A DNA stretch of 40,923 bases from contig CAZEQF010000001.1 of NCBI GenBank assembly GCA_964514315.1, positions 1-40,923 on the forward strand, in the 5' to 3' direction. The DNA is from an uncultured Singulisphaera sp. GTDB lineage: Bacteria; Planctomycetota; UBA1135; UBA2386. Every line of letters starts with the position of its first letter. Positions within the stretch are counted from its first letter, which is position 1. Position numbers and translations under genes: made by a program. Below the pieces are notes generated by a model. It did not search any database. It had not been told where the DNA came from and saw only the letters and a list, made by a program, of their open reading frames with translations. This document shows, one piece after another, positions 24,262 through 34,031 of the stretch.

Positions 24262-25392
24262 ATGAACACGATCCGTGCCCTTCGCTGCGCTGTCGCGGCG
24301 GTCTTGCTCGCGGCGCCGTTCTCGGCCTGTGCGAGCCTTCGCAGTTCGCCAGCCGCCGGCTCGCAGGGAACGCTGATGCTCGTCGGCGGCGGCCTCGAGA
24401 GCGATTGCCGCCCGTTCTTCGATCGCTTCCTCGAGCTCGCGCGTCGCCATGGCGAGCCGCACGTCGTGATCGCGACGGCGGCGACCGGCGACCAGGACGA
24501 GGCCTCGATCGAGAAGGTCGAGTCGCTGCGCGCATGGGACCCGACGGTGCAGGTGTCCGTGATCCGGCGCGAGACGCCGACCACGGAGACCATCGCGATC
24601 GTCCGTTCCGCGACGGCGATGTTCTTCACCGGTGGCGACCAGAAGCGCATCACGGATCGCTACCGCCCCGGCGACCAGCCGACGCCCGAGTGGGAAGAGA
24701 TGCGCCGCCTGCTCGCGCGCGGTGGCGTGATCGCAGGCGGCAGTGCCGGCGATGCGATGATGGGCTCGGTGATGTTCTTCACTGGCCGCAGCGCGCAGGC
24801 GCTCGGCATCCCGCGCAAGGACGCGGATCCCGACGATGCCGAGGCCAACAAGACCGGGCCGCAGATCGGTCCGGGCATGTACTTCCTGCCGTGGGCGGTG
24901 ACGGACTCGCACTTCTGGGAACGCGATCGCATCGGCCGGCTCGCAGCCGCGTTGGAGGTCACGAAGGGCACGAGCGGGCAGGTTCTCGGCATCGGCGTCG
25001 GCGAGGACGCGTGCGTCGAGATCGACGTCGCGACCGGCGAAGTGGTCGGCACGACGCCATCCGAGTCGCTGCTCGTCGACATCAGCCTGCTCGCGCGCGA
25101 CGGCAAGTCGCTGCGCAACGGCGTGGCGCGCGTGATCGCGCAAGGCGATCGCATCGACGCGCGCGCATGGAGCAAGGGCAACGTCGCGTTGCCGCAACGT
25201 CCCGCGGTCGCGTTGCGCGAAGTGAAGGTCATCGAACCGGGCCAGAACCGGCAGCTCGCGTCGTGGCAGCAGTTCCGGCAAGCGAGCGTCCCTTCTGCGG
25301 GGCCCGTGGTCGTGCAACTCGAAGGCTGGCGTGTCGTCGCGTGGCCGGACGGCCGCGGCAACGCGGTGTTCGACGTCGAGGTCCCGCAGTGA
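24262..25392 (+). CDS. Cyanophycinase-like peptidase S51, probable lipoprotein (exported CphE-type), 376 aa
   Basis: Track ORF 24142..25392 trimmed to ATG 24262 (MNTIRALRCAVAAVLLAAPFSAC, lipobox-like). It carries LMLVGGGLE, MFFTGGDQKRI and GVIAGGSAGDAMMG (Ser nucleophile context), as in cyanophycinases. There is an extra C-terminal ~100 aa. Confidence 0.88.
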   Translation: MNTIRALRCAVAAVLLAAPFSACASLRSSPAAGSQGTLMLVGGGLESDCRPFFDRFLELARRHGEPHVVIATAATGDQDEASIEKVESLRAWDPTVQVSVIRRETPTTETIAIVRSATAMFFTGGDQKRITDRYRPGDQPTPEWEEMRRLLARGGVIAGGSAGDAMMGSVMFFTGRSAQALGIPRKDADPDDAEANKTGPQIGPGMYFLPWAVTDSHFWERDRIGRLAAALEVTKGTSGQVLGIGVGEDACVEIDVATGEVVGTTPSESLLVDISLLARDGKSLRNGVARVIAQGDRIDARAWSKGNVALPQRPAVALREVKVIEPGQNRQLASWQQFRQASVPSAGPVVVQLEGWRVVAWPDGRGNAVFDVEVPQ

Positions 25393-26210
25393 CGCGCACG
25401 CTTGCCGGCAAGACGGTGTTCGTCTCCGGCGGATCGCGCGGCATCGGCAAGGCGATCGCGTTGCGCTGCGCGAAGGACGGCGCCAACGTCGTCATCGCGG
25501 GCAAGAGCCACGTGCAGCCGCCGCGGTTGCCCGGGACGATCCACTCCGCGGCCGCGGAGTGCGAGGCGATCGGCGGGAAGGCGCTGGCGGTGCGTTGCGA
25601 CATTCGCGAAGAGGCGGACATCGAGGCTGCGGTCGCTGCCGCGGTCGAGCGCTTCGGCGGCATCGACGTGCTCGTCAACAACGCGAGCGCGATCTGGCTC
25701 AAAGGCCTGCTCGACACGCCGAGCAAGCGCTTCGACCTGATGAACGAGGTCAACGTGCGCGGCACGTTCCTGGTGACCAAGGCGTGCATGCCGCATCTGC
25801 TGCGCGCGGCCAATCCGCACGTGCTCATGCTGTCGCCGCCGCTCTCGCTCGACCCCAAGTGGTTCGCAGGCCACACGGCCTACACGATGTCGAAGTACGG
25901 CATGAGCATGTGCGCGCTCGGGCTCGCGGCCGAGTTCCGCGATCGCGGCGTCGCCGTGAACGCGTTGTGGCCCAAGACCGTCATCCAGACGGCTGCGCTG
26001 CAGATGCTGCCGGGCATCGACGTGACTCGTTGCCGCTTGCCGGAGATCGTCGCCGACGCTGCGCACGCGATCGTCACGACGGACAGCAAGGCGCGCACCG
26101 GCGCGTTCCTCGTCGACGAAGACGTGCTGCGCGAACACGGCGTGCGTGACTTCGCGCGCTACGCAGTGGATGCGTCGAAGGAACTGCTGCCGGACTTCTT
26201 CCTCGACTGA
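25389..26210 (+). CDS. Short-chain dehydrogenase/reductase (SDR), 273 aa, GTG start
   Basis: Frame of track ORF 24405..26210. GTG 25389 gives (M)TRTLAGKTVFVSGGSRGIGKAIA (TGxxxGxG), NNAS, and YTMSKYGM (YxxxK). The start overlaps the cyanophycinase stop (GTGA). Confidence 0.9.
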   Translation: MTRTLAGKTVFVSGGSRGIGKAIALRCAKDGANVVIAGKSHVQPPRLPGTIHSAAAECEAIGGKALAVRCDIREEADIEAAVAAAVERFGGIDVLVNNASAIWLKGLLDTPSKRFDLMNEVNVRGTFLVTKACMPHLLRAANPHVLMLSPPLSLDPKWFAGHTAYTMSKYGMSMCALGLAAEFRDRGVAVNALWPKTVIQTAALQMLPGIDVTRCRLPEIVADAAHAIVTTDSKARTGAFLVDEDVLREHGVRDFARYAVDASKELLPDFFLD

Positions 26211-26285
26211 GGCGAACCTGCCCCGACGCGCTGCGGGAAGCGGTGGCTCAGTGCCTCGCTGGATCCTGCGACGCGTGATGGGGGA

Positions 26286-26930
26286 CTACAGCGTGAGCTC
26301 GCGCGCCTTCTGCGCGCGGCCTTGCGCCAACTCCACGCCGATCGCATCGAGTCCCATGCGGTTCGCGACCGCGAGCGCGGTGCCGACGCCGCAGAACGGG
26401 TCGACGATGCAGCGCGCTGCGGCGCGTTGCGCGAGCCACTGCACTGCGACTTCCGCTGCCGCGAGCCCCATCGCGCGCGCCCATGTCATCTCGCCGAGTT
26501 CCGGCAACACGTCGGGCCCCGATTGCAGCGGGTCCTCTGCGAGGTCGCGCGAGAAGCACAGCATGTGCGCGTAGCCGGGCCGCGTGCGCGTCGCGATGCC
26601 AGCAGGCGCGCGGCACACGATCTTGTGCCACAGCAGGCGCGCGCCGGTTGCGTAGGCGCCGCGCTGCACGAGGTAGGACTTGTCGACCCACGCTCCGTCG
26701 CGCTTCACGTCGGTCTGGTAGAAGACCGCCGCGGACTTCGCGGGCAATGCGCGCACGACGGACTCGGCTGCCGCGACGAACCACGTCTGCCATTCCTCGA
26801 ACGAGAAGCGCTTGATCTCCGACGCGTCGGGCAGCGACGTGAAGATCGCGCAGCCTTCGGCGAGCGGGTTCTGCGCGAGCCACGCGATCGCGTCCTCGCA
26901 GTGCACGACGCGCGATGGAGCTTCCGTCAT
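26286..26930 (-). CDS. Beta-class N4/N6 DNA-methyltransferase-like protein with a degenerate catalytic motif, 214 aa
   Basis: Track ORF 26286..27344 trimmed to ATG 26930 (MTEAPSRVVHCEDAIAWLAQNPLAEGCAIFTSLPD...). The C-terminal SAM motif IVDPFCGVGTALAVANRMGLDAIGVEL matches DPFxGxGT. At the position of the (D/S)PP(Y/F) motif the sequence reads FTSLPD. Confidence 0.78.
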   Translation of the reverse strand: MTEAPSRVVHCEDAIAWLAQNPLAEGCAIFTSLPDASEIKRFSFEEWQTWFVAAAESVVRALPAKSAAVFYQTDVKRDGAWVDKSYLVQRGAYATGARLLWHKIVCRAPAGIATRTRPGYAHMLCFSRDLAEDPLQSGPDVLPELGEMTWARAMGLAAAEVAVQWLAQRAAARCIVDPFCGVGTALAVANRMGLDAIGVELAQGRAQKARELTL

Positions 26931-26967
26931 CGCGCCGCCTCTCGCCGTGTCGCGTCGCGCATGCGAA

Positions 26968-27780
26968 TCACGAAGGTGCCTGCAGCGAGAATCCGTGCGC
27001 GAGGAACCCGCCGTCGACCGGAAGCGTGCAGCCGGTGACGTAGCTCGACGCGGGCATGAGCAAGAACGCGATCGCGCGCGCGACTTCTTCGGCCTCGCCG
27101 ACGCGGCCGAGCGGCGTTCGCGCGCGGATGCGATCGAGCATGCCTGGGCGCGCGAGCACGGGCGCCGCGAGCGGCGTGTCGATGTACCACGGCGCGACGA
27201 GGTTGACGCGGATGCCGTCCTTCGCCCACTCGCACGCGAGCCCGCGCGTGATCGCCGCGAGCGCCGCCTTGCTCGCCGCATACGGCACGCCGGTGCCGAG
27301 CGAGATCTCGCTCGCGACCGAGCCGACGAACACCACGCTTGCACAGGCGCTGCGCGCGAGCCACGGGTGGCAGCGTCGCGCGAGCTCGAACGCAGACTCG
27401 GTGTTCGCGTTCATCAATCGCGTGAAGTCGCCGTCGTCGAACTCCAACGCCGTCTTGCGCACGTTCGTGCCCGCGTTGCACACGAGGAGGTCGAGTCCGC
27501 CTAGTTCGCGTTCGACCGCTGCGCAGACGGAAGCGATGCCGTCGCGCGTCGTCGCATCGGCAGCGATCCCGTGCGCGCGGCCGGCATGGCGACCGTTCCA
27601 TTCGCGCACGCACGCCTGCACGGCTTCCTCGGAACGCGCGACGACGAGCACCTTCGCGCCGAGCGCGAGCAGCTCTTCTGCTGCGGCCTTGCCGATGCCG
27701 CGCGTCGCGCCGACGACGAGGGCGCGGCGGCCTGCGAGGGACCACGAAGGCGTCGTATCCGAAGGGCGATGCATGCGCAT
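26968..27780 (-). CDS. Short-chain dehydrogenase/reductase (tropinone-reductase-like SDR), 270 aa
   Basis: Track ORF 26968..28302 trimmed to ATG 27780 ([34 protein letters not shown]). It carries [13 protein letters not shown] (YxxxK) and [15 protein letters not shown]. Confidence 0.9.
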   Translation of the reverse strand: MRMHRPSDTTPSWSLAGRRALVVGATRGIGKAAAEELLALGAKVLVVARSEEAVQACVREWNGRHAGRAHGIAADATTRDGIASVCAAVERELGGLDLLVCNAGTNVRKTALEFDDGDFTRLMNANTESAFELARRCHPWLARSACASVVFVGSVASEISLGTGVPYAASKAALAAITRGLACEWAKDGIRVNLVAPWYIDTPLAAPVLARPGMLDRIRARTPLGRVGEAEEVARAIAFLLMPASSYVTGCTLPVDGGFLAHGFSLQAPS

Positions 27781-28036
27781 GTTGTAGAAGCGGTTTGCCA
27801 AAGCACCAGCCGATGCGGGCGCTCCGAGGCTTCGCCGCGGGGCGTGTTGGGCCGATGATGCGCATGCCACAGCACAAATCCGCGCCGAGGAATGGCTCGG
27901 GGCATGGGTCACAAGGCGAAGGACTGCTGTGCGGTCCTTGTCTCCGGCGTTCGCGGCCCTCTGCAGGCGTCTACGGGCGAAGCGTGCAGCGCGTCCGCAG
28001 TGCGGCCACCGCAGCGCACGACGGATCGTCGGTAGC

Positions 28037-29203
28037 GTGCCGGACGTGAACCCTGCCGCCGCCGCACGCACCGAACGCATCGAGTCCATCGACCACCTTC
28101 GCGTCGTCGCGGCGTTGACGGTGTTGTTCGGGCACGCCGTCCATGCGTTGCACGAGACGCGCGCATTCGCGGGCCACGAGCTCGGGTTCTTCCGGCAGGG
28201 CATCGGGCCGATGGTGTTCCTCGCGATCGCGGGCTTCGTCGCGGCGCATGGCGCGCGCGACGAGTTCGGCGTTCGCGGCGCGGGCCTGCGGTATCTGGGC
28301 AAGCGGCTCGTTCGGCTCGTTCCGCTCTACTGGTTGTTCACGGCGCTGTTCGTCGCAGTGGTGTGGGTCGCGCCGTCGCTGGTTGACCACGGCGGCCTGG
28401 GCCTCCGGCATGCGCTCGGTTCGTTTGCGTTCTGGCCGGTGCCGCGTCCGGGCGACGGCAAGATGCGGCCGCTGCTCAATCCAGGTTGGGTGCTCGTCTA
28501 CATCGTCTGGTTCCACGCGTGGTTCGCGCTCTGCATGACGCGCGAACGGCGACTCGGGCTCCCGCTGTGTGTCATCGGCTTGTTCGTGCTCGCGTCGCTC
28601 GGACCTGTGCTGCCGCAGTCGGGCGCGTGGTCGTACTTCGCGTCGCGACACTTCGCGGTGCTCGCGGTCGGCGTGCTGTGCGCGCTTGCGCATCGCTCGA
28701 TCGCGCGTCGGGTCACGTTGCCGATTGCGCCCGCGTTCCTTGCGGTGGCTGCGTTGTTCGCGATCGCATGGGCAACGACCCGATCCGAGGGCGATTGGCC
28801 GACGATCGTCTGCGCGATCGGCATCGTCGTCGTCGCGTCGCTGGCGCGCGGCTTCCGCGAAGGCAGCGCGTTCGCGCGCCTGTGGGGGACGTTGGCGCGC
28901 GCGTCCTATTCGATCTACCTGTCGCAGGCGTTCTCGCTGGCCGCGTTCGCGGTCGTCGCAGACCGCAGCGGCACGTTGGTTTACGTTCCGTTCGTCGTTG
29001 CGTTGCCTGCGTTGATGGCGTGTTCCCTGGCGTGTGGCGTGCTGTGCCATCGCCTTGTCGAGCAACCGCTGCATCGCGCGCTGACGACCTGGGGCGGACG
29101 CGAACTCAGCCGATCTGCTGCGAAGCCGCGCATCGCACTGGATGCCCATGTCGGGCGATCTTCCATGGGCGACGTGCTGGGTAGCGGTGCGGCGCCGCGG
29201 TAA
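28037..29203 (+). CDS. Acyltransferase family 3 (OafA/YrhL-like) integral membrane O-acyltransferase, about 388 aa (start uncertain)
   Basis: Frame of track ORF 27929..29203. [21 protein letters not shown] is the family-typical N-terminus, followed by multiple hydrophobic spans. Candidate starts are GTG 28037, GTG 28046 and GTG 27929; the first 36 codons from 27929 are basic and have weaker codon bias. Confidence 0.8.
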   Translation: MPDVNPAAAARTERIESIDHLRVVAALTVLFGHAVHALHETRAFAGHELGFFRQGIGPMVFLAIAGFVAAHGARDEFGVRGAGLRYLGKRLVRLVPLYWLFTALFVAVVWVAPSLVDHGGLGLRHALGSFAFWPVPRPGDGKMRPLLNPGWVLVYIVWFHAWFALCMTRERRLGLPLCVIGLFVLASLGPVLPQSGAWSYFASRHFAVLAVGVLCALAHRSIARRVTLPIAPAFLAVAALFAIAWATTRSEGDWPTIVCAIGIVVVASLARGFREGSAFARLWGTLARASYSIYLSQAFSLAAFAVVADRSGTLVYVPFVVALPALMACSLACGVLCHRLVEQPLHRALTTWGGRELSRSAAKPRIALDAHVGRSSMGDVLGSGAAPR

Positions 29204-29229
29204 GAACACCTTCCTCCCGATGGCGGTCT

Positions 29230-29246
29230 TGCCCCGACGCGGGGCA
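29230..29246 (+). terminator. Short stem-loop after the acyltransferase gene
   Basis: 7-bp stem tgccccg / cggggca with a 3-nt loop, 27 nt after stop 29203. There is no clear U tract. Confidence 0.35.
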
Positions 29247-29283
29247 GCGCTGTCGGTCCTCGTTCCATCTCCCTCGAGGTCCC

Positions 29284-30612
29284 ATGCATCGGTCCATCGT
29301 GCTCGCGCTCGCCGCGAGCGCTCTTCCCTCGTTCGTCTGCGCGCAGGCTTTGCCCTTCGTTCGCACGCAGCCGCAAGTCCGCGGGTTCGCCAATGACCAC
29401 ACGGGCGCGCCACTGCTGAGCCCGGATCGCGTCGTCGTTCGTTACGGCAAGGCAGTCAGCAAGGACGCGCTCGAATCGCTGGCGCGAGAGATCGGATTGC
29501 CGATCGTCGATCGCGGCCTCAACGGCGAGTTCGTCGTGTTCCGCGCGGACGCCGAGTCCGTCGACAGTTGGGTCGAGTGGTTTGCCGCGCAACCCGGTGT
29601 CGAATACGCCGAGCGCGATCCGATCGCTTCGACGACTGCCGCTCCGACGGACCCTCTGTGGGCTCCGTTCCAGTGGAACTTCTACAACTACGGCGCCCTC
29701 AGCAATGGCCGTGCGACCAACTTCGGCATCCAAGCCGAAGGCGCGTGGACCGCAGGCGCAACGGGCTCAGGCGTCGTCGTCGCAGTGATCGACACCGGCA
29801 TCGCCTACGAGAACTTCGGCGCATTCACGCAGGCGCCGGATCTCGCGGGTCGCACGTTCGTGTCGCCGTATGACGCGGTGACCGGCGACGGCCACGCCAA
29901 CGACGAGAACGGCCACGGCACGCACTGCGCGGGCACGATCGCGCAGTCGACCAACAACGGCATCGGCTGCGCCGGCGTCGCCTACAACTGCACGCTGATG
30001 CCGATCCGTGCGCTCGACGCGGCGGGCAGCGGCTCGCTGACGTGGATCGCGAACGGCGTCACGTGGGCCAAGGACCGCGGCGCCAAGGTGGCCAGCATGA
30101 GCCTCGGTGGCGGCGCTGGTTCGACGGCGTTGCAGAGCGCGATCACGGCGGCGGTCAACGCCGGCGTGACGGTCTGTGCCGCGACGGGCAACACGAACCG
30201 CCAGGGCCTGCAGTATCCCGCGGCCTACTCGCCGACGATCGCGGTCGGCGCGACGCGCTTCGACGGCAACCGTCCGCGCTACTCGACCTACGGCACGGGC
30301 ATCGACGTGAGCGCGCCGGGCGGCGACACCGGTGTCGACCAGAACGCCGACGGCTACGCGGACGGCATCCTGCAGCAGACGTTCGCGACGGGCGCGCCGA
30401 CGACGTTCGGCTACTACTTCTTCCAGGGCACGTCGATGGCGACGCCGCATGTCGCGGCCGTCGCAGCGCTCGTTCGCTCCGTGCGGCCGACGTACACGGC
30501 GGCGCAGGTGCGCAGCGCGATCGAGACGAGCTGCAAGGATCGTGGCACGACCGGCTACGACACGACCTACGGCTTCGGCATCGTCAACGCCGCGCTCGCG
30601 ATCACTCGCTGA
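29284..30612 (+). CDS. Secreted subtilisin-like serine protease (peptidase S8) with an N-terminal propeptide, 442 aa
   Basis: Full track ORF with signal peptide MHRSIVLALAASALPSFVCA/Q. The catalytic triad contexts are VVVAVIDTGI (Asp), NGHGTHCAGTIA (His) and GTSMATPHVAAVAAL (Ser). Confidence 0.95.
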   Translation: MHRSIVLALAASALPSFVCAQALPFVRTQPQVRGFANDHTGAPLLSPDRVVVRYGKAVSKDALESLAREIGLPIVDRGLNGEFVVFRADAESVDSWVEWFAAQPGVEYAERDPIASTTAAPTDPLWAPFQWNFYNYGALSNGRATNFGIQAEGAWTAGATGSGVVVAVIDTGIAYENFGAFTQAPDLAGRTFVSPYDAVTGDGHANDENGHGTHCAGTIAQSTNNGIGCAGVAYNCTLMPIRALDAAGSGSLTWIANGVTWAKDRGAKVASMSLGGGAGSTALQSAITAAVNAGVTVCAATGNTNRQGLQYPAAYSPTIAVGATRFDGNRPRYSTYGTGIDVSAPGGDTGVDQNADGYADGILQQTFATGAPTTFGYYFFQGTSMATPHVAAVAALVRSVRPTYTAAQVRSAIETSCKDRGTTGYDTTYGFGIVNAALAITR

Positions 30613-30619
30613 GCGCATT

Positions 30620-30646
30620 CGCGCCGCGTGGCTTCAGCGCGGCGCG
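30620..30646. terminator. Stem-loop between convergent genes, overlapping the 3' end of the minus-strand gene
   Basis: 9-bp perfect stem cgcgccgcg (30620-30628) / cgcggcgcg (30638-30646) with a 9-nt loop, starting 8 nt after stop 30612. Confidence 0.4.
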
Positions 30647-32577
30647 ACTTCGAGGTCGACGGTGCGTTCCGCGCTGCCGTCGGCCTCGACTTCGACGCGG
30701 CTGCGCGTCTGGTCCGAGTTCTCCAAGAACGGATCGTCGGCGTCGCGCCGGCCCGCGAGCAACGCGTAGCGTCCGCGCGGCAGCCCTTCGAAGCGGAACT
30801 TGCCCTCTGCGTCGACTCGGCGTTCTGCGACGAAGTCCGACGCCACGTCCTTTGCGTCGATCGGCGTGATTTGCACGACGATTCGGCGGTCGACGGCGCC
30901 AGCTGCGAAGCAACGGCCGCGGACGGTCACGCCCTTTGTGAGCACGAGGTCGCCGACGTTCTCTTCGATTCCGCCGTGGGTGCGCACGCCGCGGTGGACG
31001 CGCGGCGCGAACGTGTCGCGTGCAACGGAGAGTTGGTGCGCGCCGTCGTGCGCGCGTTCGAGCACGAACGTCCCGTCTGCCTTGCTGTGTGCGAACGGCT
31101 GCGGGCCGACGCTCGCACGCGCGGAGCGCACGGCTGCGCCGAGGTCGCCGTCGAGCGCGTTCTCGGGCTGGAGTCGCACGAGCGCGCCGGCGACGGGGCG
31201 GCCCCGTTCGTCGACGATGCGCCCGAGCACGCGGCTGCCCTTGGTCAGCACGATCGGGACTTCGCGAAGTTCGTCCAGGTCGACGCGGAACGTGCTCGAC
31301 GTGAGTCGCGCAAAGCCCGGCGCTGACGCCTCGAGGTTCCATTCGCCGGGCTCCAATCCTTCGAGGTCCAACGCCGCGGCGCCGGCTTCTGTCCGTGTCG
31401 ACGTCTTCGGGCCGACGCGTCGCATGCGCGCGCTCGGAGTCTTGTCCGCGCTGCGCGCCAAGGCCGAGAATCCCGCCACCGCATTGCCGTCGGCATCGCG
31501 CGCGAGCACGCGAAGCCGCGAGAGTCGCGACAACCGCAGCGTGATGGGCTTGCTCGCGTCGGCTGCGAGCGTCTCGCTGGCCGTGCCAAAGCCAGGCGCC
31601 GAAGCGTTCAGCTCCGCTTCGCCGAGGGCCACGCCTTCGATGCGGAACGAACCGTCCGCATTCGCGTGCGCGCCGACGACGCCGGTGTCGCGTGCCGTCG
31701 AGGGGATTGCTCGCACGAAAGCGCCGTCGCATGCGCGGCCGTCGCGGTCGAGCACGAAGCCTGCGATCGTCCGGCCTGGTTGCAGCACGAAGTCGAGCAC
31801 GTTGTCCTCGTCGCGCTGGATGTGCTGCTGCGGCAGTTCGTGCCGCGCGTGGCCTGCTGCAGTGGCCGCGATGTTGCAGATGCCGATGGGCGCGTTGTCG
31901 ATCGCATACATGCCCTGCGCATCGGTCTTCGTCGACAGCGGCGGGAGTTCGAGCATCCGCGTGGACGGCAGTTGGATCGAGACCTCTGCGTCGGCGAGCG
32001 GCGCCTCGGTCAATGCGTCGCGCACGGCGCCTCGCAGCGTCCTGCCACGGCCCAGCGCGATGTCGCCGACGTTCGTCCATTCGGCGACGCTCGCAGTGCA
32101 CGAGGCGTATGCCGGTGCGAACGCTTGCGCGCGAACGTGTGCTTCGACGCGCTCGTCTGCGCACTCATCGGGCAGCGCAACGGCGAACGCTCCGTCTTGG
32201 CCTGAGGTCGCGGTGCCCAACGCCGCGTGGCGTTGCCCGCGATTGCGCATGGACTGCAAGGAGAATGGGTCCGTCGACGAACGCGCGAACACAGCGACTG
32301 TCGCGCCTGCGATCGGCCCGCCTGTCCCGTCGACGACACGTCCGCGCAGGCCTTGGCCGCTCTGCATTCCATCGACGCGCGTTCCGTCGGCGTTGGCGTC
32401 AGCGCGGACGATGGCCGATTGGGCGCCACTGCCGGTTGCAACTGCTGGCGCCTCACGGCTCGCTGCCTCCGGGAGAGCGATTTGGCCGTTCGGCGCGGGA
32501 TCGCCTTGCAGCGCCATCAGCAGCGCTACGGCAGCCGCGACGGCGCAGAGGAGCGCGAGCAGGATCCGCTTGGGCAT
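30634..32577 (-). CDS. N-terminally anchored protein with repeated carboxypeptidase-regulatory-like domains, 647 aa
   Basis: Track ORF 30634..32859 trimmed to ATG 32577 (MPKRILLALLCAVAAAVALLMAL, signal/anchor). It repeats LRGRVVDGTGGPIAGATVAVF, IAGFVLDRDGRACDGAFVRA, VLGRIVDERGRPVAGALVRL, ...DAEGKFRFEGLPRGRYAL. Confidence 0.85.
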   Translation of the reverse strand: MPKRILLALLCAVAAAVALLMALQGDPAPNGQIALPEAASREAPAVATGSGAQSAIVRADANADGTRVDGMQSGQGLRGRVVDGTGGPIAGATVAVFARSSTDPFSLQSMRNRGQRHAALGTATSGQDGAFAVALPDECADERVEAHVRAQAFAPAYASCTASVAEWTNVGDIALGRGRTLRGAVRDALTEAPLADAEVSIQLPSTRMLELPPLSTKTDAQGMYAIDNAPIGICNIAATAAGHARHELPQQHIQRDEDNVLDFVLQPGRTIAGFVLDRDGRACDGAFVRAIPSTARDTGVVGAHANADGSFRIEGVALGEAELNASAPGFGTASETLAADASKPITLRLSRLSRLRVLARDADGNAVAGFSALARSADKTPSARMRRVGPKTSTRTEAGAAALDLEGLEPGEWNLEASAPGFARLTSSTFRVDLDELREVPIVLTKGSRVLGRIVDERGRPVAGALVRLQPENALDGDLGAAVRSARASVGPQPFAHSKADGTFVLERAHDGAHQLSVARDTFAPRVHRGVRTHGGIEENVGDLVLTKGVTVRGRCFAAGAVDRRIVVQITPIDAKDVASDFVAERRVDAEGKFRFEGLPRGRYALLAGRRDADDPFLENSDQTRSRVEVEADGSAERTVDLEVAPR

Positions 32578-32713
32578 CGCCGCATGGTGCGCTCCGCGCG
32601 TGTCGAGGTCCACATCCCGCCGAGCAGGACCGCGGCCCTTGGGTTGAGCTGCCTGCAGGCGCCCCGCACCAGTGCGGCTGTCGCGGCACGTTGCCTGTGG
32701 GCACGATGCCTGC

Positions 32714-33967
32714 ATGGATCCGAAGCCCCAGAATGCGTTCGACCCCATCGCCGCGATGGCGCGCGCCCGCCACGAGTTCGGCGAACACGGCGGCGTGAAC
32801 CTCTCGATCGAAGCGAGCACGACGTTCACCGTGCTCGCCGCCAACATGATGCCGCGCATCTTCCGTGGCGAAGGCGGGCCGTTCTCGAACGCAGGCGGTT
32901 CGACGGGCGGTTGCTACCTGTACGGGCGGCACTTCAATCCGACGGTGTTCACGTTCGGCCGCATGCTGGCGGCGATGGAAGGCGTGGAGGCCGGCTACGC
33001 GACCAGCTCCGGGATCGCCGCGATCGCGGCGACGTTGCTGCAGATCTGCACGAAGGACCAGCGCATCGTCGCTGGCTCGGCCCTCTACGGCGGGACGTTC
33101 GCGTTGTTGAAGGACTACCTGCCGTCGCGCACGGGCATCGAGACGACGTTCGTCGACACCAACGACCTCGATTCGGTGCGGGATGCGTTGAAGAAGACCA
33201 GAGCGCGCGTGCTCTACGTCGAGTCGCTGTCGAACCCGACGCTGCAGGTCGCCGACCTGCCCTCGCTCGCGCGCGTCGCGCACGAGGAAGGCGCGCGCCT
33301 CGTCGTCGACAACACGTTCGCGCCGCTGATCCTCACGCCTGCGCGCCATGGCGCCGACGTCGTGATCCACAGCGTGACCAAGTTCTTGAGCGGCGCGTCC
33401 GACGTCATTGCTGGCGCGGTGTGCGCGTCTCGCGACTTCATCGGCTCGATGATGGACCTGCACACGGGCTCATTGATGCTGCTCGGGCCGACGATGGACC
33501 CCAAGATCGCGCACGAGCTCACGCTGCGCCTTCCGCACCTCGGGGTCCGCATGCAGGAGCACGGCCGTCGCGCGCTTGCGTATGCAGAACGGCTTGCGGC
33601 CCTCGGCGCGGCGGTTCGCTATCCGGGTCTCGCGAACGATCCGCAACGCATGCTGCTGGAGCGGCTCGCCAATCCTGGCTTCGGCGCCGGCGGCTTGCTG
33701 ACAATCGATCTCGGTTCGATCGCGCGCGCGAACCGCTTCATGGAGATCCTGCAGAACGAGCACACGTTCGGCTACATGGCCGTGAGCCTCGGCTATTTCG
33801 ACACGCTGATGTCGTGCTCAGGCAGCTCGACGTCGAGCGAGCTGAGCGAGGCCGAGCAGCGCGCTGCCGGCATCGCGCCAGGGCTCGTGCGCATGAGCGT
33901 CGGCATCACCGGAACGCTCGACGACCGGTTGCGTCAGCTCGAAGACGCGTTCGTGCGGTCGCGGTGA
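32714..33967 (+). CDS. Cys/Met-metabolism PLP-dependent enzyme (methionine gamma-lyase / cystathionine gamma-synthase family), 417 aa
   Basis: Track ORF 32672..33967 trimmed to ATG 32714. It carries YGRHFNPTV, SSGIAAI, VVDNTFA, and HSVTKFLSG with the PLP lysine. The C-terminal LVRMSVGI is family-typical. Confidence 0.92.
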   Translation: MDPKPQNAFDPIAAMARARHEFGEHGGVNLSIEASTTFTVLAANMMPRIFRGEGGPFSNAGGSTGGCYLYGRHFNPTVFTFGRMLAAMEGVEAGYATSSGIAAIAATLLQICTKDQRIVAGSALYGGTFALLKDYLPSRTGIETTFVDTNDLDSVRDALKKTRARVLYVESLSNPTLQVADLPSLARVAHEEGARLVVDNTFAPLILTPARHGADVVIHSVTKFLSGASDVIAGAVCASRDFIGSMMDLHTGSLMLLGPTMDPKIAHELTLRLPHLGVRMQEHGRRALAYAERLAALGAAVRYPGLANDPQRMLLERLANPGFGAGGLLTIDLGSIARANRFMEILQNEHTFGYMAVSLGYFDTLMSCSGSSTSSELSEAEQRAAGIAPGLVRMSVGITGTLDDRLRQLEDAFVRSR

Positions 33968-34001
33968 GGGCGCGGCCCGCGTTGCGCTGGCCATCGTGCC
34001 G

Positions 34002-34020
34002 GGCCCGCGCGAAGCGGGCC
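34002..34020. terminator. Short stem-loop between convergent genes
   Basis: 7-bp stem ggcccgc / gcgggcc with a 5-nt loop, between stops 33967 (+) and 34032 (-). Confidence 0.35.
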
Positions 34021-34031
34021 GCGCGGCGGCT

